Source: Bacteroidales bacterium | Lineage (GTDB): Bacteria > Bacteroidota > Bacteroidia > Bacteroidales > UBA3824 | Length of the DNA stretch: 64,000 nt | Assembly (NCBI GenBank): GCA_017535325.1 | Contig: JAFXUC010000045.1 | Location: 3,169-67,168, forward strand | Direction of reading: 5' to 3' | Shown here: in pieces, positions 1-9,861 of the stretch | Position numbering within the stretch: position 1 is the first letter of the stretch | Layout: each line of letters starts with the position of its first letter | Made by a program: the position numbers and the translations under genes | The notes under the pieces: generated by a model | What the model was told of the DNA's origin: nothing | Databases searched by the model: none | What the model saw: the letters and a program-made list of their open reading frames with translations, nothing else

Positions 1-1
1 A

Positions 2-298
2 AGACAATTGATACTCCATACACTACCCGCAAAATTCAGATTTGAGGCGGAGTCGCGTTTGAGGCTTGCAGGCATCAACTTTCTGACAAGACAGGTCTCG
101 CCCGAAAAGATTAACATTTTCTTCGGTGCAAAAGAGTGCATTGAGGTCATCAAGCACATCGGCGACAAGCCTTTCAACGAGTACACGCCCGAAGAAGATT
201 TTATACTCGGCGTGTTACTCGGTTATGACAAAATTCAGGAGTGCAACCGTTATCTTCATCTTTGCGACAAGAAACAGATGCTAAAACAATCAGCATAA
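2..298 (+). CDS. hypothetical protein, C-terminal fragment (ORF open at the 5' window edge)
   Basis: The frame stays open from nt 2 to the stop at 296-298. The tracked TTG at 8 is probably internal. No family recognised. Confidence 0.4.
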   Translation, partial: RQLILHTLPAKFRFEAESRLRLAGINFLTRQVSPEKINIFFGAKECIEVIKHIGDKPFNEYTPEEDFILGVLLGYDKIQECNRYLHLCDKKQMLKQSA

Positions 299-300
299 TT

Positions 301-918
301 TTACAACAGTTCTTCAACCGCTTTTTCAATCACTTTAATATCTTCCGTCGGTTCAAAACGCTCAACAACGTTTCCGTTACGGTCGATAAGAAATTTTGTA
401 AAATTCCACTTGATGTCTGGGGTTTTGTCGTAGTCGGGGTCGGCTTTTGAAAGCATGTCAATAAGAATTTTGCCGATTTTGTGGTTCGGGTCAAAACCCT
501 TAAAACCTTTTTGCGATTTCAGGTACGCAAATAAGGGCGATTGTCCTTCGCCGTTAACCTCTATTTTCTTGAACTGAGGAAACTTAGTGGCATAGTTCAA
601 CTGACAGAACTCATGAATTTCCTCTTCTGTGCCGGGAGCCTGTTGACCAAACTGATTGCAAGGGAAATCAAGAATTTCAAGACCTTTGGCTGAGTTTTTT
701 TCGTAAAGGGCTTCGAGTTCGGTGTATTGCGGCGTAAAACCGCAACGTGTGGCCGTGTTAACAATCAGCAAAACCTTTCCTTTGTAGTCTGCAAGGCTAA
801 CATCGTTGCCTTTGCGGTCTTTGACGCTAAATTTGTAAATTTCCATATTGTTAGAATTTTTGCAGGCGGCAACCGCCATGATGAATAAAAATGTTAATAA
901 TAAAACTTTGTTTTTCAT
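301..918 (-). CDS. glutathione peroxidase (BtuE/GPx family), exported or lipoprotein form
   Basis: GPx signatures NTATRCGFTPQY, FPCNQFGQQ(A)PG and KWNFTKFL. The N-terminus is a signal peptide with a Cys (MAVAAC). Confidence 0.9.
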   Translation of the reverse strand: MKNKVLLLTFLFIMAVAACKNSNNMEIYKFSVKDRKGNDVSLADYKGKVLLIVNTATRCGFTPQYTELEALYEKNSAKGLEILDFPCNQFGQQAPGTEEEIHEFCQLNYATKFPQFKKIEVNGEGQSPLFAYLKSQKGFKGFDPNHKIGKILIDMLSKADPDYDKTPDIKWNFTKFLIDRNGNVVERFEPTEDIKVIEKAVEELL

Positions 919-999
919 TATGTGTAAACAATTAAAGTTTTCAGCCGCAAGATATAGATTATTTTTTAAAAATTAAAACTCCCTTAATAAAAAATTCAC

Positions 1000-1007
1000 T
1001 ATCTTTG
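1000..1007 (+). promoter_or_regulatory. Bacteroidota sigma-A -7 box (TATCTTTG)
   Basis: Exact TAnnTTTG match about 19 nt upstream of the ATG at 1026. It overlaps the tracked TTG at 1005, which argues against that start. Confidence 0.5.
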
Positions 1008-1025
1008 CAGCAAAAATCATCAAAA

Positions 1026-4000
1026 ATGAGTTTGTCCGAAAACAATTACAAATTAGGAATAGACATAGGTTCTACAACCGCTAAAATTGTGGTTTTCAGC
1101 CCGGAAGGTGAAATCGTTTTTAATAAATACGGTAAACATAACACATACGTTTATCAGGCACTTATTGCGGCTTTGAAAGAGGCTTTCGGCAAACTCGGCG
1201 ACATAAAACTTTCCGCTGCAATCACCGGCACCGCCGGAATGGGCGTCAGCGAAAGAAACCGGATAAAATTCGTTCAGGAGGTTATCGCGGCTACCAACGT
1301 CGTAAACCAGAAATACCCTGACGTCAAAACCCTTATCGACATCGGCGGCGAGGATACCAAGATGATTTTCTTTCAGAAAGGCAAATCGCCCGACATCCGC
1401 ATGAACGGAAACTGCGCAGGCGGAACAGGCGCATTTATAGAGCAAATGGCGTCTCTGCTTAACGTAAAGATTGAAGACATGAACGCCCTTGCAGAAAAGT
1501 CAGAAAACCATTATCCGATTGCCTCGCGCTGCGGCGTTTTCGCTAAAACCGACATTCAAAACCTTTTGGCAAGAAAAGTTGAAAAAGCCGACATCGCATC
1601 AAGCATTTTCCACGCCGTCGGAATCCAGACATTAAACACTCTGTCAAGAGGTTACGAGGTAAAACCGAAAGTTATGTTTATCGGCGGACCGCTGACTTTT
1701 ATGCCCGAACTCCGCAAAAAAATGCTCTCGGCGATGAATCTTAACGAAGACGATATGATTCTGCCCGCGTTTTCGCAATATTTCCCTGCACAAGGCGCGG
1801 CTTTGGAGGCGGAAGGCTGTTTTTTGTTGTCTGACTTAATAGAACAATTTGAAAAATCTCAAAATATCAAAGCCGAAAGGACAGACCGTTTGCCGCAACT
1901 TTTTTCAAACAAAGAAGATTTTGACAAGTGGAAGGCGGAGAGAAACATCGTCAATCCTAAAAAAATTGCTTTGAAAGATTATCAAGGCAAAAACCTCTTT
2001 CTTGGAATCGACTCCGGCAGCACAACTTCAAAAGTTGTTATCATCGGCGAAAACAATGAACTTTTATACTCCCGTTACACAAACAACGAAGGCAACACGC
2101 TCGGAAAAATTCATCAGGCATTAAAAGACTTTTATACAGAGAATAAGGACGTTTTGTTAAACCGTAACTTTAATATCACTGCTTCGGCGGTAACGGGTTA
2201 CGGCGAAGACCTCGTAAAAGCGGCTCTCGGCATTGATTACGGAATCGTCGAGACGCTGGCTCATTTCAGCGCGGCAAAATTCTTGAACCCGAAAGTCGAT
2301 TTCATTATGGACATCGGCGGTCAGGACATGAAAGCGATTTTCATTCAGGGCGGCGTTATCAACAGAATCGAGTTGAACGAAAGTTGTTCGGCGGGCTGCG
2401 GCTCGTTTATCGAAACTTTTGCAAAAACGCTCGGAATGTCAACCCCCGACTTTGCGCTGTCAGCCTGCGAAAGCCCCGCGCCTTGCGACCTCGGAACGCG
2501 TTGCACCGTGTTTATGAACTCAAAAGTAAAACAGTCTTTGCGCGAAAATGCAACCGTCAGCGACATTTCGGCAGGTCTGGCGTACTCGGTCATAAAAAAC
2601 GCTCTGTTCAAAGTCCTGAAACTGAAAAACTTCGACGAACTCGGACAAACGATTGTGGTTCAGGGCGGTACGTTCAAGAATCCGGCGGTTTACAGGGCTT
2701 TTGAGGTTTTGACAGGTAAAAAACTTACGTCCACCGAAATTCCCGAAATGATGGGCGCGTTCGGAGCGGCGATTTACGCAAAAGAGAGATTCCTGTCAGA
2801 CGGCAAAAACACGGGAACGTTTTTAGGTCTTGAAAACATAGACAAAGCCTTGGAATACAGCAACAAACAAATTATATGTAAAGGTTGTGAAAATAATTGC
2901 CTTGTTACGGCGTTTAAATTTTCCAACAAACAAACTTATTATTCCGGCAACAAGTGTCAAAAAGTTTTCAACTCCAAAGGCGAGAAAACCGAAAAAGGCG
3001 AAAACCTTTTTGCAATCCGTTACAACCTCTTGTTTGACAGGGACAAAGACATCGAAAAGCCGCTCATGACCATCGCCATACCGAGGGTTTTGAACATGTA
3101 TTCAAACTATCCGTTTTGGCACGCGCTTTTGACGGAATGTAATATAAAGGTGCTTTTGACGCCGCCGACAACAATCAAAATGTACGAGACGGGCAGCGGA
3201 ACAATTATGAGCGACAATATTTGTTTTCCTGCGAAACTCGTTCACGGACACATTATGTGGGCGGTTAACGAAAAGCCCGACAGAATTTTTTATCCGATTG
3301 TAACGTTTGAGAAAAACGATTTTAAAAATACCGAAAACTCTTTCAACTGTCCGATAGTTTCGGGTTATGCCGACGTAATACGCAGTTCCATAGACCCTTA
3401 CGGTAAATACGGCATACCTTTTGACACGCCGACCGTTAATTTCAACGACGAGGCTCTTTTGTACAAAACCTGCAAAAAATACCTCAAAAGTATCGGTATC
3501 AGCGGCAGTGTTATTAAAAAGGCTTTCAAAGCGGCACTTTCGGCGCAAAAGGAATACCGCTCCAAGATAGCGGTCAAGGCGATGGAAATTATCGAAAACG
3601 CCAAACACGAAAACAAACTTCTTGTCGTTTTGGCGGGCAGACCCTATCATGCCGACCCGTTAATCAACCAAAAAACGCCCGACATTATCGCAGACCTTGG
3701 CGCGAGCGTTATCAGCGAGGATTCTCTGTCGGCATATTTGGACGTGATGGATTTGCAGATAATTCCGCAGTGGGCGTATCCGAACAGGATTCTTAACGCC
3801 GCGCAGTGGGTTGCCGAACAAGATCAGAACATAACGTTTGTTCAGTTAAATTCTTTCGGCTGCGGACCGGACGCCGTTTTGGTGGACGAAGTAACGGACA
3901 TTCTGCGTGCCGCAGGAAAATCCAACACTGTTATCAGAATTGACGAAATAAATTCAACAGGCTCTATATTGTTGAGAATCCGCTCGTTGATGGAGTCATT

Positions 4001-5276
4001 TAAAGTGATGGATTTGAAGAACCGTCCGATGAGGCACATTCGTCAGCAGGTAAAACCTTTCGGCATAGAAGACCGCGGAAGAACGATTCTTGCGCCGTAT
4101 TTTGCGGAAGGCTATTCTGACATTTTGCCGGCGGTTTTTGAGATGGGCGGTTATAAACTTGTCAACCTTCCAAAACCCGACAAACGCTCCGTCGAGTGGG
4201 GTTTGCGTTATGCTAACAACGAGATTTGTTATCCTGCGACGATTGTTATCGGCGACATGATAAAAGCGATAAAAGAGGGTCAGTACGACCGCGACAAAAT
4301 AGCGTTTGCGATTACGCAGACGGGCGGACAGTGCAGGGCGTCGTCGTATATGGCTTTGATGAAAAAGGCACTCGTTTCTGCCGGGTATTCTGACATTCCG
4401 ATTATAACGGTCGGAACGGCGGGCAAAACGATTAACCAGCAGCCCGGCTTTACGATGAACTGGCTGAAATTTTTGCCGGTTTTGGTGCCGGTAACAATTT
4501 ACACGGATACGCTTTTGAGGTTTTATTACATTCTTATAGTAAGAGAAAAGCACAAAGGCGAAACGTTAAGATTCAAAGATAAATACATGCGGTTACTTCA
4601 AGAAGAAGTTCCGTATCGTCAGCCGAAAAAGATTTACGAGTTGATGGCTCAAATGGTTGAGGAGGCAAACAATATTGAGATTTTTGAGGACAAAAAAATC
4701 CCGAAAATAGGCATTGTCGGCGAGATTTACGTCAAATACAACAAATTCGGACACAGGTTTATTTCCGATAAATTGGTTGAAGAGGGCGTGGAAGTGGTTT
4801 TTCCGCCGATTTTGGAGTTTTTCACGCAGGAAATCGTCAACGTCAAGAAGAATTGGGAAATGAATTTGACGCACCATAAATTTTCGTCATGGGTTTTGGT
4901 GGAATTTTTCAATATTTATATCAACAATGCGATTTCCAAGTCGGAAAAGATTTTGAAAAAGTCGAAATTTCCGTTTGTTTTTGAAAGCATAAAACAGATT
5001 GCCGAAGACGCTGAAAAAACGCTGTCGCTTGCCAATCAGTTCGGCGAAGGCTGGCTGATAAGTGCGGAGATTTCGTCGTTTGCAAAGCAGGGCATCAACA
5101 ATATAATAAGTGTCCAGCCGTTTGGCTGCATTGCCAACCAAATCATTTCCAAGGGCATAGAGAAAAATTTAAAGAAGAAATATCCGAATCTCAACCTTTT
5201 GTTTTTGGATTATGACGACGGTGCAAGCGATGTCAACATCACAAACAGGTTGTATTTTATGTTGAAAAATTTATAA
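1026..5276 (+). CDS. acyl-CoA dehydratase activase-related fusion protein (two BadF/BadG/BcrA/BcrD-type ATPase modules plus a dehydratase-like C-terminal region)
   Basis: Two actin-fold ATPase starts (LGIDIGSTTAKIV; LGIDSGSTTSKVV), each followed by a CAGGTGAF or CSAGCGSF cluster-ligand motif. A long C-terminal region typical of the ~1400-aa 'CoA-substrate-specific enzyme activase' fusions follows. Start moved to ATG 1026. Confidence 0.85.
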   Translation: MSLSENNYKLGIDIGSTTAKIVVFSPEGEIVFNKYGKHNTYVYQALIAALKEAFGKLGDIKLSAAITGTAGMGVSERNRIKFVQEVIAATNVVNQKYPDVKTLIDIGGEDTKMIFFQKGKSPDIRMNGNCAGGTGAFIEQMASLLNVKIEDMNALAEKSENHYPIASRCGVFAKTDIQNLLARKVEKADIASSIFHAVGIQTLNTLSRGYEVKPKVMFIGGPLTFMPELRKKMLSAMNLNEDDMILPAFSQYFPAQGAALEAEGCFLLSDLIEQFEKSQNIKAERTDRLPQLFSNKEDFDKWKAERNIVNPKKIALKDYQGKNLFLGIDSGSTTSKVVIIGENNELLYSRYTNNEGNTLGKIHQALKDFYTENKDVLLNRNFNITASAVTGYGEDLVKAALGIDYGIVETLAHFSAAKFLNPKVDFIMDIGGQDMKAIFIQGGVINRIELNESCSAGCGSFIETFAKTLGMSTPDFALSACESPAPCDLGTRCTVFMNSKVKQSLRENATVSDISAGLAYSVIKNALFKVLKLKNFDELGQTIVVQGGTFKNPAVYRAFEVLTGKKLTSTEIPEMMGAFGAAIYAKERFLSDGKNTGTFLGLENIDKALEYSNKQIICKGCENNCLVTAFKFSNKQTYYSGNKCQKVFNSKGEKTEKGENLFAIRYNLLFDRDKDIEKPLMTIAIPRVLNMYSNYPFWHALLTECNIKVLLTPPTTIKMYETGSGTIMSDNICFPAKLVHGHIMWAVNEKPDRIFYPIVTFEKNDFKNTENSFNCPIVSGYADVIRSSIDPYGKYGIPFDTPTVNFNDEALLYKTCKKYLKSIGISGSVIKKAFKAALSAQKEYRSKIAVKAMEIIENAKHENKLLVVLAGRPYHADPLINQKTPDIIADLGASVISEDSLSAYLDVMDLQIIPQWAYPNRILNAAQWVAEQDQNITFVQLNSFGCGPDAVLVDEVTDILRAAGKSNTVIRIDEINSTGSILLRIRSLMESFKVMDLKNRPMRHIRQQVKPFGIEDRGRTILAPYFAEGYSDILPAVFEMGGYKLVNLPKPDKRSVEWGLRYANNEICYPATIVIGDMIKAIKEGQYDRDKIAFAITQTGGQCRASSYMALMKKALVSAGYSDIPIITVGTAGKTINQQPGFTMNWLKFLPVLVPVTIYTDTLLRFYYILIVREKHKGETLRFKDKYMRLLQEEVPYRQPKKIYELMAQMVEEANNIEIFEDKKIPKIGIVGEIYVKYNKFGHRFISDKLVEEGVEVVFPPILEFFTQEIVNVKKNWEMNLTHHKFSSWVLVEFFNIYINNAISKSEKILKKSKFPFVFESIKQIAEDAEKTLSLANQFGEGWLISAEISSFAKQGINNIISVQPFGCIANQIISKGIEKNLKKKYPNLNLLFLDYDDGASDVNITNRLYFMLKNL

Positions 5277-5292
5277 AAAAGGAGATTATAAT

Positions 5293-5820
5293 ATGAAAAA
5301 GAATTTGCTTTATTTTGAAATTTTAACGGCAGTAATTGCTGTTGCAACAATTTTTTGGAAATCGGATTTGGGCATTGCGGCGGTTGTAATTCTGCTTGGC
5401 GGTGCGCTGTTGTATTATTTGCTGTCGATGGCGCAGAAGAAAAATTTTGAAGCCAAGAGATATCCGATATTGCGTTTTATGACGGCTTTGTCGTTTTTGT
5501 CGCTCAGTATACTTGCTGTCGGCATAGTGTTTACGATACAGCATTATCCCGGCGCAAGGATGATGGTATTTGTGTCAATGGTTTCGGGTGTGCCCGCGTT
5601 TATTTATTACGTAATCCGCATTCTAAAACACAGGGACGAAGAAGTTTCTTTGTCGGAAGAAAGCGAAGAGTTGGAAGAAAAACCGAACTTTCTCTCCCGG
5701 TTCAAAGGACTTAAATACAGCGATTTGGAGATGGCTGTCAGAATGGGACTTGCCGCTCTTTTGCAAATAAAATATATGTTTTTGACAAATAATATATCTG
5801 TTATCGTAAGCGGTTCTTAA
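5293..5820 (+). CDS. hypothetical integral membrane protein
   Basis: About four hydrophobic helices followed by an acidic linker (SEESEELEE). No family recognised. Confidence 0.55.
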   Translation: MKKNLLYFEILTAVIAVATIFWKSDLGIAAVVILLGGALLYYLLSMAQKKNFEAKRYPILRFMTALSFLSLSILAVGIVFTIQHYPGARMMVFVSMVSGVPAFIYYVIRILKHRDEEVSLSEESEELEEKPNFLSRFKGLKYSDLEMAVRMGLAALLQIKYMFLTNNISVIVSGS

Positions 5821-5917
5821 AAAAGCAACTTGGTTGCAAAATTTTCGTCATAAATTTTTTTTTCTCGCATAAAAAAAATAATTTTGCCTTTATAAAAATA
5901 ACAGTAAAAACATATAT

Positions 5918-6697
5918 ATGAACATTACCATTATAGGCTGCGGCAACTTAGGATTTTCAATTGCCAAAGGCCTTGCCAACAAGCAGAAAGAATTCAACCT
6001 CGACATCACGGCTACCGATCCTGATGTTGACCTCGAAAAAATCCGCGCAATAGGAATCAACGCTTCAAGAGACAACAAGGCGGCTGTCAAAAACAGCGAA
6101 ATCGTTTTCCTGTGTGTAAAACCGTGGATTGCAAAAGACGTTATCGAAGAAATTGAACCGGTTTTGAACAACTCTCAGGTTCTTGTCTCGCCGGTTGCAG
6201 GTCTTAGTATCGACCAGATTAACGCTTATTCGTCAAAAAAAGTTTCGGTTTTCAGAATCATGCCCAACATCGCCGCATCTATCAACCAGTCAGTTACATG
6301 CGTAAGTTATGACGCTGAGGACGAAGATGTTGACAAAACGCTGAAAGTCTTGAACATTCTCGGCAAGACGATTGTCGTTGACGAAAACAAAATCAACGCC
6401 GCAACAATTCTTACGGGTTCGGGCATCGCGTTTATTTTGAGATTTTTACGCGCCATGACAGAGGGCGGCATCGAAATCGGTTTCAGAAGCGACGTTGCTC
6501 AGGAAATAGCCGCTCAGACCATGAAAGGCACCGTTGAACTGCTTATGCAAGAGGGCGTTCACCCCGAACAACTCATCGACCGCGTTTGTACGCCTTCCGG
6601 CACCACAATCAGAGGCCTCAACGAAATGGAAAACAACGGCTTTTCGTCGTCTGTCATTCAGGGAATTTTGTCGTCTTACAAAGTAATTGCCAAGTAG
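5918..6697 (+). CDS. proC: pyrroline-5-carboxylate reductase
   Basis: N-terminal Rossmann motif IIGCGNLG and a C-terminal TPSGTTIRGL..E..GF motif characteristic of ProC. Confidence 0.9.
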   Translation: MNITIIGCGNLGFSIAKGLANKQKEFNLDITATDPDVDLEKIRAIGINASRDNKAAVKNSEIVFLCVKPWIAKDVIEEIEPVLNNSQVLVSPVAGLSIDQINAYSSKKVSVFRIMPNIAASINQSVTCVSYDAEDEDVDKTLKVLNILGKTIVVDENKINAATILTGSGIAFILRFLRAMTEGGIEIGFRSDVAQEIAAQTMKGTVELLMQEGVHPEQLIDRVCTPSGTTIRGLNEMENNGFSSSVIQGILSSYKVIAK

Positions 6698-6699
6698 TT

Positions 6700-7302
6700 A
6701 TGTTTTCAGGAATCGTAGAATGTACGGGCAAAATCGTCGCGATAAAAAAATACGCCCAAAACATAGATTTTACCGTTGACTGCAAATTCCGCAGCGAACT
6801 TTCAATAGACCAGAGCGTTGCGCACAACGGCGTTTGTCTTACGGTTGTGGAAATTAGCGACAACGGCTATGTCGTAACGGCTATGAAAGAGACTTTGGAA
6901 AGGTCGAATCTCGGCGTTTTGAATGTCGGCGACGAGGTAAACCTTGAACGCAGCATGCGCCCAGACTCTTTGCTCGACGGTCATATCGTTCAGGGTCATG
7001 TTGACCAGACAGGCGTTTGCACAAAAGTTGAAGATGCCGACGGAAGTACTTATTTTACAATCGAATACGACCCGTCGCAGGGAAATATCACGGTTGAAAA
7101 AGGCTCTGTTTCGGTCAACGGCGTAAGTCTTACCGTTTGTAATTCCGAAACCGGAAAATTCCGTGTCGCAATTATTCCCTACACTTTTGAAAACACGAAT
7201 TTTCACTGCCTCAAAGCGGGCGACAAGGTAAACCTCGAATTTGACATTATCGGAAAATATATTCAGAAAATCGCTTCGGCGTATCTCAAAAACATACGCT
7301 AA
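6700..7302 (+). CDS. ribE: riboflavin synthase alpha chain
   Basis: MFSGIVECTGKIV start and duplicated lumazine-binding repeats (SVAHNGVCLTV / SVSVNGVSLTV). True ATG is at 6700, directly after the proC stop. Confidence 0.9.
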   Translation: MFSGIVECTGKIVAIKKYAQNIDFTVDCKFRSELSIDQSVAHNGVCLTVVEISDNGYVVTAMKETLERSNLGVLNVGDEVNLERSMRPDSLLDGHIVQGHVDQTGVCTKVEDADGSTYFTIEYDPSQGNITVEKGSVSVNGVSLTVCNSETGKFRVAIIPYTFENTNFHCLKAGDKVNLEFDIIGKYIQKIASAYLKNIR

Positions 7303-7310
7303 ATCAAAAA

Positions 7311-7354
7311 GGCGGCAGGGTTTCTAAAAAAAACAACCCGCCGCCTTTTCTTTT
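7311..7354 (+). terminator. rho-independent terminator after ribE
   Basis: GGCGGCAGGGTT ... AACCCGCCGCC hairpin followed by a T-rich run. Confidence 0.5.
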
Positions 7355-7486
7355 ATAAACAAATCTCTAAAACCTTAAACATCATTTAACGATTATAATT
7401 ATTACAAAATCCGTGCAATTTTCAAAAAAGTGAGAAAAATAAACTATTTTTTTTGAAAATATCGTATTTATGTGCGAAAAAAAATC

Positions 7487-7494
7487 TATTTTTG
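7487..7494 (+). promoter_or_regulatory. -7 box TATTTTTG upstream of metG
   Basis: Exact TAnnTTTG match 30 nt before the ATG at 7524. Confidence 0.5.
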
Positions 7495-7523
7495 CAACGT
7501 AAAAATAAAACGTATAGAAAATT

Positions 7524-9572
7524 ATGTCAGAAGAAAATTGTAATTATAAACGTATTCTTGTTACATCGGCTTTGCCGTATGCCAACGGGCCTATACATAT
7601 CGGACATATAGCGGGAGTTTATGTCCCCTCGGATATTTACGTAAGGTTTCAGAGATTAAAACACCGGGACGTTATTCACATCTGCGGTTCGGACGAACAC
7701 GGCGTGGCTATCACAATGAAAGCACGCAAAGAAGGCGTTACGCCTCAGGACATTATCGACAAATATCACGCGCTCAACAAAAAAGCGTTTGAAGATTTCG
7801 GAATCAGTTTCGACATTTATTCGCGCACCTCGTCTGAGATTCACACCGAAACTTCGCAGGAAATTTTCAAAACCCTTTACGACAAAGGCGTTTTCGTAGA
7901 GAAAACCACTAAACAATATTACGACGAAGAGGCAAAACAGTTTCTTGCAGACCGTTACATTACCGGCACTTGCCCTCACTGCGGCAACACCGGCGCGTAC
8001 GGCGATCAGTGCGAAAAATGCGGCACGAGCCTCGACCCGACGGATTTGATTAACCCGAAATCCGCAATTTCAGGCTCGGAACTCGTCTTAAAAGAGACCA
8101 AACACTGGTATATGCCGCTTGAAAAGTATCAGGAATTTTTAGAAAAATGGATTCTTCAAGACCATAAAAACTGGAAAGTAAACGTTTACGGACAATGCAA
8201 AAGTTGGCTCGATCAGGGACTTCAACCAAGAGCCGTAAGCCGCGACCTCGACTGGGGTATTCCCGTACCCGTTGAAGGTGCTGACGGAAAGGTTCTTTAC
8301 GTTTGGTTTGACGCGCCTATCGGTTACATCTCATTCACGAAACAGTTAACGCCCGATTGGGAAAAATACTGGAAATCACCCGATTCCAAATTGGTTCACT
8401 TTATCGGAAAAGATAACATCGTTTTCCACTGCATCGTTTTCCCGTCGATTTTAAAGGCGGAAGGTTCGTATATTTTGCCGGACAACGTTCCCGCAAACGA
8501 ATTTTTGAACCTTGAAAACGATAAAATTTCAACCTCAAGAAACTGGGCGGTTTGGTTGCACGAATACAACGAAGATTTTCCGGGCAAGCAGGACGTTTTG
8601 CGTTACGTTTTGACGGCTAACGCTCCCGAAACCAAAGACAACGATTTTACGTGGAAAGATTTTCAACAGCGCAACAATTCTGAATTGGTTGCCGTTTTGG
8701 GAAATTTTGTCAACCGTACACTTTTATTGACCGAAAAGTATTTCAAGAACGTTGTTCCTCAGCCCAACAGTTTTACAGATTCGGACAAAGAAGCGTTGGC
8801 GGAAATCGCAAAAATCAAAGACGATGTTGAAAAGAGCCTTGAAAACTACCGTTTCCGCGAGGCGTTGAATTTTGCCATGGGCTTGGGACGTCTTGGCAAC
8901 AAATACATCACCGAGCAGGAGCCTTGGAAAGTTTTCAAAACCGACCCTGAAAGAGTTAAGACGGTTCTTTATGTAAACCTTCAAATAACGGCTGCTATCT
9001 CTACTGTGTTAGAGCCTTTTATTCCGTTCTCAATGAAAAAACTGCGCGGATTTTTGGGTCTTTCAGAGATTTTGGATTGGGACAATATCGACGGCAGGGA
9101 ACTTTTAAAACCCGGCTCAACACTCAACAAGTCTTCATTGCTTTTTGAACCGATAACCGACGAGGTTGTTGAGGCTCAAATCGAAAAACTCAACCGCACG
9201 AAGATTGAGAACATGAAAAACAATTTTCAGCCTGCGCCGCAAAAACCGTTAATCAGTTTTGACGATTTTCAGAAATGCGACATCCGCACGGCTACGATTC
9301 TCGAAGCGGAAAAAGTTGCCAAAACCACAAAACTTTTGAAACTGACTGTTGATACCGGTATCGACAAACGCACTTTGGTTTCGGGCATTGCCGAGCATTA
9401 CGACCCGAAAGAGATTGTCGGCAGAAAAATCCTGATGATTGTAAACCTCGAACCCCGCAAAATCAAGGGCATAGAGTCAAAAGGCATGATTCTCTGTGCG
9501 GAAGGCGGCGACAAGAGTCTGCATTTTCTTAACCCCGACGCGGAGTTGGAAAACGGCTGTCAGATAGGATAA
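7524..9572 (+). CDS. metG: methionine--tRNA ligase
   Basis: Class I HIGH motif (PIHIGH), zinc knuckle CPHCG..CEKCG, KISTS (KMSKS-like) motif and a C-terminal EMAP/tRNA-binding domain. Confidence 0.95.
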   Translation: MSEENCNYKRILVTSALPYANGPIHIGHIAGVYVPSDIYVRFQRLKHRDVIHICGSDEHGVAITMKARKEGVTPQDIIDKYHALNKKAFEDFGISFDIYSRTSSEIHTETSQEIFKTLYDKGVFVEKTTKQYYDEEAKQFLADRYITGTCPHCGNTGAYGDQCEKCGTSLDPTDLINPKSAISGSELVLKETKHWYMPLEKYQEFLEKWILQDHKNWKVNVYGQCKSWLDQGLQPRAVSRDLDWGIPVPVEGADGKVLYVWFDAPIGYISFTKQLTPDWEKYWKSPDSKLVHFIGKDNIVFHCIVFPSILKAEGSYILPDNVPANEFLNLENDKISTSRNWAVWLHEYNEDFPGKQDVLRYVLTANAPETKDNDFTWKDFQQRNNSELVAVLGNFVNRTLLLTEKYFKNVVPQPNSFTDSDKEALAEIAKIKDDVEKSLENYRFREALNFAMGLGRLGNKYITEQEPWKVFKTDPERVKTVLYVNLQITAAISTVLEPFIPFSMKKLRGFLGLSEILDWDNIDGRELLKPGSTLNKSSLLFEPITDEVVEAQIEKLNRTKIENMKNNFQPAPQKPLISFDDFQKCDIRTATILEAEKVAKTTKLLKLTVDTGIDKRTLVSGIAEHYDPKEIVGRKILMIVNLEPRKIKGIESKGMILCAEGGDKSLHFLNPDAELENGCQIG

Positions 9573-9800
9573 AAAATAATGAATACGTAAATGAACAAAA
9601 TGAATGATTCGGTTATTGAAAAATTCATTGTATATTTGCAGCGTAAAAACAAACAACAAACTAAAATTTGAACAAAATGTTTTTGCATGATGTTTTTCGT
9701 TTTTACTTTTTAACTCTAAACTCCTAAACCTTTTGTGTTTTTGTTTTTGTGTTTAATGATTACTATCGGATAGCAATCTAAAATCAACTTTTAATTTTGA

Positions 9801-9835
9801 AAGAAATTGTCTTTTGCGGCAATTTCTTTTTTTTT
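9801..9835 (+). terminator. rho-independent terminator
   Basis: Perfect 9-bp stem AAGAAATTG / CAATTTCTT with a 10-nt loop, then a T-run. Confidence 0.55.
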
Positions 9836-9842
9836 ATCTTTG
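9835..9842 (+). promoter_or_regulatory. -7 box TATCTTTG upstream of the polyprenyl synthase gene
   Basis: Exact TAnnTTTG match 20 nt before the ATG at 9862. Confidence 0.5.
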
Positions 9843-9861
9843 CGGCAAAAATATTTTGATA

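Noticed and set aside
1005-1025. TTG-extended starts for the activase gene (1005) and, similarly, for regulator 2 (32583), the polyprenyl synthase gene (9814), the TonB receptor gene (16590) and the 13212 ORF.
   Set aside because: The extensions overlap TAnnTTTG promoter boxes or add non-signal-like residues ahead of a canonical ATG or signal peptide, so the downstream ATGs are preferred.
1053-5141. Multiple 60-185-aa ORFs antisense to, or out of frame with, the activase fusion gene (e.g. 1053-1445, 3102-3650, 3996-4553).
   Set aside because: They lie wholly inside a long, motif-rich CDS, have Arg/Lys/Phe-rich shadow-frame composition and carry no recognisable motifs. The same reasoning applies to shadow ORFs inside metG, the TonB receptor gene, rnr, hflX, polA, both NTPase genes (e.g. 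41961-42494, 50246-50611), gpmI (52727-53506), the MCP gene and the GH95 gene.
6586-6699. A 5' extension of the ribE ORF overlapping the last 112 nt of proC.
   Set aside because: The extension has no similarity to riboflavin synthase. The canonical MFSGIVE start is the ATG at 6700, immediately after the proC stop.
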